This document shows positions 57,732 to 64,000 of a DNA stretch of 64,000 nt, one piece after another (within the stretch, counting starts at the first letter, position 1; each line of letters opens with the position of its first letter). A model generated the notes under the pieces. It was not told the DNA's origin and made no database searches. It was given only the letters and a program-made list of their open reading frames with translations. Both the position numbers and the translations under genes were made by a program. The DNA is from an uncultured Gammaproteobacteria bacterium. Lineage in GTDB: Bacteria; Patescibacteriota; Patescibacteriia; JAHIZJ01. The stretch lies in assembly GCA_964594455.1 (NCBI GenBank), contig CAZQLY010000005.1, positions 1,682 to 65,681 on the forward strand, read 5' to 3'.

Positions 57732-58253
57732 ATGAAAAAAAATCAGATTCTAAAAAAACTAACCGGAGGGGATCTGCGCTCGATCGGACGAGCTGACGAA
57801 GTTGCCCAGGATGTTTTGGATAATCCTGAGTTGTTTTCTAATGTTTTTGAAGGTATGAATAATGACGATCCTAGGATCCGGATGCGCAGCGCTGACGCTC
57901 TGCAGAAAGTGGCAGAAAAGCACCCGGAATATTTACAACCCCACAAGAAACAACTGCTTGACGAAATATCAAAGATTGATCAGCAAGAGGTGCAGTGGCA
58001 CGTAGCTCAAATGCTGAGCTATCTTGATTATCAATCTGAAGAGATACCAAAAGCGGTTGATATTCTGATGGAATATATTAATAAATCAGATAGCAATATA
58101 GTCATTGTCAATTCACTTCAGGCTTTAGCAGATCTGGTGGAAAAAGATCAATCACTTAAGCCAAAGGTGAAAACAATAATTGAAGACAAGATGAAATCCG
58201 GGGGACCGGCTATCTTCAGTCGAGGCAAGAAACTGCTGGAAAAAATGAATTAA
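57732..58253 (+). CDS. Hypothetical alpha-helical (HEAT/ARM-like) protein
   Basis: Repetitive helical pattern. Start codon abuts the stop of the preceding ORF. Confidence 0.35.
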   Translation: MKKNQILKKLTGGDLRSIGRADEVAQDVLDNPELFSNVFEGMNNDDPRIRMRSADALQKVAEKHPEYLQPHKKQLLDEISKIDQQEVQWHVAQMLSYLDYQSEEIPKAVDILMEYINKSDSNIVIVNSLQALADLVEKDQSLKPKVKTIIEDKMKSGGPAIFSRGKKLLEKMN

Positions 58254-58292
58254 AAAAGCTCCCTATTGAATTGAGAGCTATAGGCAGGCTGA

Positions 58293-58658
58293 TTATTCGG
58301 CCGGTTTTGAGATACGGATCCGGTGGAATTCACCGTGCCTGGTTCGAAGGTCATATATACCTTCATAGTAGACCATACCAACACGCTCAACCGGCATCTC
58401 AAAACCAATCCAATAAGAGGTTTTTATATTACCAAGACTAGTCAGGCCCAGAAAAACAACTCGGCAAGCACACAAATTGAACTCACAACCAGGTGCAGTA
58501 AAACACACTGTGTGCTGCCTAGAGAGCGAGCATAGAATGTCGAGCTCACCCGGCCCCCCAGTAACACCAATCTTGTCTGCATCACGTTCAACAACCACTT
58601 TCCCCGAAACTGTGTTGTACGAATGCCAGGGAAAAATGGTTTCGTTTCGTTCGGCCAT
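58293..58658 (-). CDS. Hypothetical Cys-containing small protein on a GC-rich island
   Basis: ORF in a region of clearly raised GC. No recognisable family. Confidence 0.35.
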   Translation of the reverse strand: MAERNETIFPWHSYNTVSGKVVVERDADKIGVTGGPGELDILCSLSRQHTVCFTAPGCEFNLCACRVVFLGLTSLGNIKTSYWIGFEMPVERVGMVYYEGIYDLRTRHGEFHRIRISKPAE

Positions 58659-58792
58659 ATCGGCACCTCCTGGTCAAAGAACTTTGCCAGAGCATATCGC
58701 TCAGACTACCCACTCAGGATGAGCAAGCTGTTTACTGTATATCGAATTTATATAGATGTCAATAAAAAACCCACACCTATGTAAGGCTGGGT

Positions 58793-59497
58793 TTAGAACC
58801 ATCTGCCCGTAACGTGATACGGATGGTTAGGAATGGCCGGAGCACTGATCAGACAGCCCAGGCAATCGAACACGTCTGATTTGGCTTTTACGACGATCTG
58901 ATTCTGCTCAAAACAGACTTTGACTTCGTATCTGGGCCGACCTACGATCGTCAGAAATATCTCCAAATCTTCCGGGTCGTTGAAGTCAGCTACGGCCAGA
59001 AATTCCGGCGATAGCTCGATGTGGCCACGCCCGTCTATCAGACAAACTTGGGTGACTTCCTCAACCCTGGGCTTCAGAGTAACCACGTTACTGTCAGCAA
59101 AGACGTAACCGATATCTCCCCAGCACAGGTGTTTTGGCGCTAGAACCATGAAGTTGGCCCAGCCGTTGTAGGTCGAGTCAGCGTGAAAGATAATCGACTC
59201 GCTGGTATACTCGAACCAAATCTGCCCAGAGCCGGGCTGGCATGAAGTCAAAGAAATGGTTGGCGTGTAGCCTGGATCGACTTCCTGGAGAAAAACGGGA
59301 TCGAACCGAAATTCAGCCAACCCGTTTTGAAACTCCACGTCGCCATAACGCCGAATCACTGGCGCAGTCGTGACTACGAAGTAGATCCGGTCTAAACCTG
59401 CCGAGTAACTCAGTGAATCAACAGAACTATCTTGAGCTGACGACTCGACTGGGGCGCATATCGCCATCAGGCACAGAAGTAATGATAATCGAATCAT
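58793..59497 (-). CDS. Secreted hypothetical protein on a GC-rich island
   Basis: Signal peptide (MIRLSLLLCLMAICAPVESSA). Raised GC. Several Cys. Confidence 0.4.
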   Translation of the reverse strand: MIRLSLLLCLMAICAPVESSAQDSSVDSLSYSAGLDRIYFVVTTAPVIRRYGDVEFQNGLAEFRFDPVFLQEVDPGYTPTISLTSCQPGSGQIWFEYTSESIIFHADSTYNGWANFMVLAPKHLCWGDIGYVFADSNVVTLKPRVEEVTQVCLIDGRGHIELSPEFLAVADFNDPEDLEIFLTIVGRPRYEVKVCFEQNQIVVKAKSDVFDCLGCLISAPAIPNHPYHVTGRWF

Positions 59498-59584
59498 CCT
59501 GACCCCCCCTATCGGAAACCATAGCCTATAAAAAAAGGAACCTATATCTTATTACCAGTATAGGACCTAATTGTCAAGCCATGC

Positions 59585-60247
59585 TTAAAAAAGTTTCTGC
59601 GTTGAGGGCGTCGATGGTGCTGCTGGCTTTTTGTTTATTGGACCACTGGAGGCGCCGTTGTCTTTGGCTATGTCTATAGCCCTGCCCCTCGCTTGAGCTC
59701 TTTCGTTTAACTTGATGAAAACCTGCCGGGTAACTTCAACATCAACCTGAGCTCGATGGGCAGAGGGTTGCGGCACTTTTAGATAAGCCGCTACTTTTTC
59801 CAAACTATAGCTGGGGATTATCAAATACTTGCGGGCTAATTCAATTGTATCAATCGTTTTATTCTTTAAAGAAGGTTGACCCAAACGATCCAGATGGGCG
59901 TTCAAAAAAGCCAAATCAAATCCGATATTATGACCGATCAAGGGCAGGTCTTCAATAAACTGTACAAATTCTGGGATAACCATTTCAGCTGGCTTACCCT
60001 CTTTGGTCAATAATTCGTTTGATATGCCGTGGATTGATTGCGACTCCTCATCAATGTGTCGGTCTGTCATTACTAGGGAATGGTAAGAATTAACCACCTC
60101 AAGATCACGGATTCGTTCACCCGCCACTTCAATGATACTGTGGCCTTCATGTGGTTTAAAACCCGTGGTTTCTACGTCTAATACTATGTAGTCACTTTTT
60201 GCCATAATACCAAGCATTGTACTCGATATCATCATTTTTGACAACAC
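59585..60247 (-). CDS. DnaQ-family 3'-5' exonuclease (DNA polymerase III epsilon-like)
   Basis: Exo I motif YIVLDVETTG, Exo II IGHNIGFDLAFL, Exo III H....D near the C-terminus. Confidence 0.7.
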   Translation of the reverse strand: MLSKMMISSTMLGIMAKSDYIVLDVETTGFKPHEGHSIIEVAGERIRDLEVVNSYHSLVMTDRHIDEESQSIHGISNELLTKEGKPAEMVIPEFVQFIEDLPLIGHNIGFDLAFLNAHLDRLGQPSLKNKTIDTIELARKYLIIPSYSLEKVAAYLKVPQPSAHRAQVDVEVTRQVFIKLNERAQARGRAIDIAKDNGASSGPINKKPAAPSTPSTQKLF

Positions 60248-60352
60248 TTAACCTTTATTGTGTGGGGATAATCCGTTAACAAACTGTGTGCTTTGGCGCC
60301 TTGATTCTTTCTTGGCGATCAGCTAAGATAATAGGACTGAAAGTGGTTTAAT

Positions 60353-61762
60353 ATGATGGCGGAAAACAAACCAGAGGACAAAAAAACTATTACCAAAATG
60401 CCACCGCACAACCTAGAGGCTGAGCAGGCTCTTTTGGGTTCTCTTTTGATTGATAAAGACGCCATTACAAAAATTGCCGATATCGTTTCTCCTTATGACT
60501 TTTATAAAGACGCTCATAGATTTATCTTTGAATCAATGCTGGATCTGTACGAGAAGCGTGAACCAATAGATATGTTAAGCTTGGCTAACAGGTTAGAAGA
60601 AGTTCAGAAACTGGAAAACGTCGGTGGACGCACTTACCTCACCAATCTGGCGAATATAGTACCCACAGCCAGTCACGTAGTTTATTACGCGAATATAATT
60701 CAGAAAAAAGCTACTTTACGCCGTTTGATAGACTCGGCTACCGAAATAGCCGGCATGGGCTATAACGAAGAAGACGAGGTTGACTCTCTTTTGGATCGGG
60801 CCGAACGCTCTCTTTTTCAGGTATCACAAAAATTCTTAAAGCAAAACTTTTACCCCATTAAGGGCTTGTTGACTGATGCCTTTGATCGAATGGATGAGCT
60901 TCATCGAGAAAGCGGCAAGCTGCGAGGTTTGCCTAGCGGTTTTCCCGACTTGGATAATTATTTAGCTGGATTTCAAAAATCTGATTTGATAATTTTAGCC
61001 GCCCGTCCTTCAGTGGGTAAAACATCTTTGGCCTTGGACTTCATTCGTCAGGCTGCAATTAAGCACAAGGCAGCCATTGCCATGTTCAGCTTGGAAATGT
61101 CTAAGGAGCAGCTGATTGATCGCCTACTCTGTGCTGAAGCCAGAGTCAGCTTGTGGAAGTTTCGCACTGGGAAATTGTCGGATCAGGGCGAAGAAAATGA
61201 TTTTACTAGCATTGCCCACGCCATGGGTAAATTATCTGAAGCAAAAATTTATATTGACGACACTGCGACATTAAATCTAATGGAGATCCGGACTAAGGCC
61301 CGACGTTTGAAATCTGAAAACGGACTGGATCTTTTACTCGTTGATTACCTTCAGCTGATGGAGGGTCGTGGCAATAAAGACAATAGGGTGCAAGAGATAG
61401 CTGAAATCACTCGGGGCTTAAAAGCTATAGCCAGAGAAATAAACGTACCGGTTATAGGGCTATCGCAGCTATCACGGGCAGTTGAGATGAGTAAACCAGC
61501 TATTCCTAAACTGGCTCATTTACGTGAGTCCGGTTCTATTGAGCAAGACGCTGACGTGGTTATGTTTATTTATCGTAAGCTGATGGATCGAAATTTTCGC
61601 AAAGAAGATATTAAACCAGAAGAATTAAATCTAGCTGAAGTACATATTGCCAAACATAGAAATGGGCCCACCGGGACAGTCAAACTAAGGTTTAATGAAA
61701 ACAGCGTAAATTTTGAAAGCGACGTCGGAGAACGTTTTTTAGAAAACGAAAGCCCCTTCTAA
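60353..61762 (+). CDS. dnaB: Replicative DNA helicase
   Basis: PPHNLEAEQALLGSLL N-terminal motif. Walker A ARPSVGKTSLA. RecA-like C-terminal domain. Confidence 0.9.
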   Translation: MMAENKPEDKKTITKMPPHNLEAEQALLGSLLIDKDAITKIADIVSPYDFYKDAHRFIFESMLDLYEKREPIDMLSLANRLEEVQKLENVGGRTYLTNLANIVPTASHVVYYANIIQKKATLRRLIDSATEIAGMGYNEEDEVDSLLDRAERSLFQVSQKFLKQNFYPIKGLLTDAFDRMDELHRESGKLRGLPSGFPDLDNYLAGFQKSDLIILAARPSVGKTSLALDFIRQAAIKHKAAIAMFSLEMSKEQLIDRLLCAEARVSLWKFRTGKLSDQGEENDFTSIAHAMGKLSEAKIYIDDTATLNLMEIRTKARRLKSENGLDLLLVDYLQLMEGRGNKDNRVQEIAEITRGLKAIAREINVPVIGLSQLSRAVEMSKPAIPKLAHLRESGSIEQDADVVMFIYRKLMDRNFRKEDIKPEELNLAEVHIAKHRNGPTGTVKLRFNENSVNFESDVGERFLENESPF

Positions 61763-61810
61763 AGAATTAAAAAGTAACAATTAAAAATTAACAAAATTGT
61801 TATTTATTAA

Positions 61811-62128
61811 TTGTTAATTCTTAATTTAAACGTTGTGTTTCAAAAACTAAAACAGTACAAAGACCTTCGCGATAAGGCAAAAAATATCCAAAGCGAGCTG
61901 GCCCAAGAATCAGTGGTAGTTGAGGAAAACGGCGTCAGCCTTGTCATGGACGGAAATCAAGAGATATTGAAAGTTGAAATCCAAGATGAGTTACTGGCTC
62001 CCGAAAAAAAAGATAAGCTGGAACAAGCTATCAAGGGTGCGGTTAACCAAGCTCATAAGAAGATCCAGCGAGTAATGGTAGAAAAAATGCGTTCCAGTGG
62101 TGATTTTAATATTCCCGGACTCTCCTAA
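61811..62128 (+). CDS. ybaB: Nucleoid-associated protein YbaB/EbfC
   Basis: Pattern ...KLKQYKDLRDKAKNIQSELAQESVVVEENGVSLVMDGNQEILKVEIQDELL. The true start may be the in-frame GTG at 61835. Immediately upstream of recR, as is typical. Confidence 0.75.
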   Translation: MLILNLNVVFQKLKQYKDLRDKAKNIQSELAQESVVVEENGVSLVMDGNQEILKVEIQDELLAPEKKDKLEQAIKGAVNQAHKKIQRVMVEKMRSSGDFNIPGLS

Positions 62129-62133
62129 TTTAT

Positions 62134-62733
62134 ATGTCTCAATTACCAAAACCGATCCAGGATTTGATAGAAGAATTCAATAAGCTACCCGGAGTTGGAC
62201 CCAAAACATCCGAGCGCTTTGCTTATTATCTAATTCAGCAGCCGGATAGCGATATAAAAAAATTGATCCAGTCATTACAGAACCTGCAAACCAAAGTAAA
62301 AAAATGCTCTCGTTGCCTGACCTTTTCGGAAATGGATCCCTGCAACCTGTGTAAGGATTCTCAAAGAGACCAAACAACGCTCTGTATAGTCGCCCACCCG
62401 CCGCAAATCCAGCTGATAGAAAAGACCGGCGAGTATCAGGGACTTTACTTTGTCCTCGGAGGAGTTCTGAATCCAGTCGAAGGAATTACGCCCGATCACT
62501 TGAATATTAAAATGTTGCTTCAAAGAATTAAGAACAGCCAGCCTAAAATCAAAGAAATCATATTGGCTCTAAATCCAGATGTTGAAGGTGAATCGACTGC
62601 CTTGTATCTCAAAAAATATTTACAATCAGAAGTACCAAAAATAACCAAGCTGGCCCGAGGCCTACCTATGGGTGGTGATCTTGATTACGCCGACGAGATA
62701 ACTCTCCAGAACGCCCTCAAAGGAAGAATGTAA
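62134..62733 (+). CDS. recR: Recombination protein RecR
   Basis: HhH motif LPGVGPKTSERFAYYL, C4 zinc finger CSRCLTFSEMDPCNLC, and Toprim domain. Confidence 0.9.
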   Translation: MSQLPKPIQDLIEEFNKLPGVGPKTSERFAYYLIQQPDSDIKKLIQSLQNLQTKVKKCSRCLTFSEMDPCNLCKDSQRDQTTLCIVAHPPQIQLIEKTGEYQGLYFVLGGVLNPVEGITPDHLNIKMLLQRIKNSQPKIKEIILALNPDVEGESTALYLKKYLQSEVPKITKLARGLPMGGDLDYADEITLQNALKGRM

Positions 62734-62744
62734 TATAACAAAAA

Positions 62745-62777
62745 ACGTGTTGAGTTAATGACAACACGTTTTTTTAT
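62745..62777. terminator. Bidirectional rho-independent terminator between recR (+) and rplU (-)
   Basis: AACGTGTTG-N9-CAACACGTT hairpin flanked by TTTTTT on the plus strand and by a T-rich run on the minus strand. Confidence 0.6.
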
Positions 62778-62781
62778 ATCT

Positions 62782-63102
62782 TTAGGCGTTAGGAATCTTT
62801 GTTATCTCCACCAAAGTATAAGGCTGGCGGTGACCTCGATTGCGCAGGTAACGGGTCTTATTCTTGTACTTTACAACTTTTACCTTCTTAGCTCGGCCAT
62901 GCTCTATGGCCTTTCCTTCGACTTTGGCCTGACTGACCTTGGGCTTCCCTACCTTAACCTGCTTACCTGTTTTATCAGCAATTAATAAAACATTATCGAA
63001 GGCAATGCTACTGCCTTCTTTTTTGGCAATTTTTTCCACCTTGATCTTATTCTTTTCTTCAACGGTGTATTGCTTTCCACCTGTTTTAATTACTGCAATC
63101 AT
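62782..63102 (-). CDS. rplU: 50S ribosomal protein L21
   Basis: MIAVIKTGGKQYTVEEKNKIKVEKI... canonical L21 N-terminus. About 105 aa. Confidence 0.85.
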   Translation of the reverse strand: MIAVIKTGGKQYTVEEKNKIKVEKIAKKEGSSIAFDNVLLIADKTGKQVKVGKPKVSQAKVEGKAIEHGRAKKVKVVKYKNKTRYLRNRGHRQPYTLVEITKIPNA

Positions 63103-63149
63103 TAATATCGGTTAAATTTTTAACAGTTAGTAGTATACCTCGTGTCCTA

Positions 63150-64000
63150 TTAGCTGTCAATCCTTGGTGTAAGCCGAGCGTTTCTTTTGTATAAAATAAC
63201 CACAATAACCCCCAGGATCAGCATTACTCCAGCTAATATGACAAGGCTCCAGACTTTGGCTTTTCCGGTCAGAAGTAGACTAACGATGCCAAAAGTAGCT
63301 GTAGCCAGATAGAGAAATAAGACGGCTTGCTTGTGCGACATTCCTACATCTAAAAGCCTGAAGTGGAGATGTTTTTTGTCGCCTAGAACCGGAGATTTTT
63401 TCTCAAAGAATAGCCTGCGTATTAGCACCCAAACCACATCTAATATTGGAATACCCATAATGAGAAGTGCCGTAGCCACTTTGGCACCTGAAATGATAGC
63501 TAGAACGCCCAGAATAAACCCGACCAAAACACTTCCACCTTCGCCTAAAAATATCTTGGCGGGATGGAAATTAAAGATCAAAAATCCGGCCCCGGCTCCA
63601 GCGAATATCAAAGCCAATAAAGCAGTTTCCGGCTGACCGACTTCAAAAGTCATACTCAAGAAAAATATTATCAGAGCACCGATGGTTGTCACGCCGCTGG
63701 CCAACCCATCCAATCCATCAAGAAACTTTGTCGTATACATCATACCCATTAGCCAGATAAAAATAAATATATCGCTAAAAAGAGTAAGAGTATAGGGCAG
63801 GCCACTCCAGCGAAATAATTCAATATTTATATTATCTAAGCGTATGGCTTCACCAAAAGGATTGGAAATATATTCAACCTGAATACCGCAGGCAATAATC
63901 GTTGCCGCAGCCAATATGGGAAAAATTATTTGCTGGCTGGGCTTCAAACGATAACGGTCATCTAAGTAACCTCCAAACATCAATATTGCGCTGCCGATCA
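63150..64000 (-). CDS. MraY/WecA-family polyprenyl-phosphate sugar-1-phosphate transferase (GT4 family), N-terminus probably beyond the window edge
   Basis: Multiple TM helices with Asp-rich cytoplasmic loops (YLDDRYRLKP; DGLDGLASG). Listed start is at 63983, but the frame is open to the window edge. Confidence 0.55.
   Translation of the reverse strand, partial: IGSAILMFGGYLDDRYRLKPSQQIIFPILAAATIIACGIQVEYISNPFGEAIRLDNINIELFRWSGLPYTLTLFSDIFIFIWLMGMMYTTKFLDGLDGLASGVTTIGALIIFFLSMTFEVGQPETALLALIFAGAGAGFLIFNFHPAKIFLGEGGSVLVGFILGVLAIISGAKVATALLIMGIPILDVVWVLIRRLFFEKKSPVLGDKKHLHFRLLDVGMSHKQAVLFLYLATATFGIVSLLLTGKAKVWSLVILAGVMLILGVIVVILYKRNARLTPRIDS

Noticed and set aside
57169-60300. Integrated prophage or integrative element at tRNA-Lys
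   Set aside because: No integrase or recombinase ORF, no phage structural genes, and no direct repeat of the tRNA-Lys 3' end found downstream. Only the weaker accessory-island reading (composition plus orphan genes) is kept.

Overview
This 64-kb window is AT-rich (roughly 40% GC by eye) and densely packed with genes from a bacterial chromosome. The gene content (small paralogous type IV pilins, DUF5320, DUF134, a short HrcA, a GAD-less AspRS, many membrane and secreted hypotheticals) fits a reduced CPR/Patescibacteria-like genome; that placement is inference. Recognisable blocks, in order: (1) a minus-strand glycosylation/sugar-nucleotide operon (GT4, GT2, ugd, metK, UXS-like, GT2); (2) a 7-gene envelope cluster opened by a degenerate HtrA-like/PDZ protein; (3) trxB; (4) a nested tRNA-Gln locus; (5) dnaX; (6) a membrane-anchored FtsK/HerA/VirD4-like ATPase; (7) a GC-rich lipoprotein island; (8) corA with a membrane-anchored Clp-D1-only AAA+ protein; (9) cysS carrying a zinc-ribbon insertion; (10) the heat-shock supercluster CIRCE-hrcA-grpE-hsp20-smallORF-dnaK-DUF3467-membrane-dnaJ; (11) DUF5320, YibE/F, cupin and DUF134 genes; (12) a tRNA-Glu locus; (13) gap-pilin-pilin-fba-tpiA; (14) dacA-like, scpAB and ybaK; (15) aspS-asnS; (16) a P-type ATPase; (17) a tRNA-Lys locus carrying a small GIY-YIG nuclease ORF; (18) a GC-rich two-gene island; (19) a dnaQ-like exonuclease, dnaB, ybaB-recR, rplU and a partial MraY/WecA-family gene. 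The most unusual signal is at the tRNA genes. All three tRNA loci (Gln, Glu, Lys) pair an intact tRNA with an upstream same-strand duplicate of that tRNA's 5' part, and each duplicate is interrupted in its D-arm by a member of one GC-rich hairpin family (CCCGCCTCG-N14-CGAGGCGGG). The Gln locus is a tRNA-within-tRNA arrangement. No CRISPR array, rRNA gene or transposase/integrase was seen.
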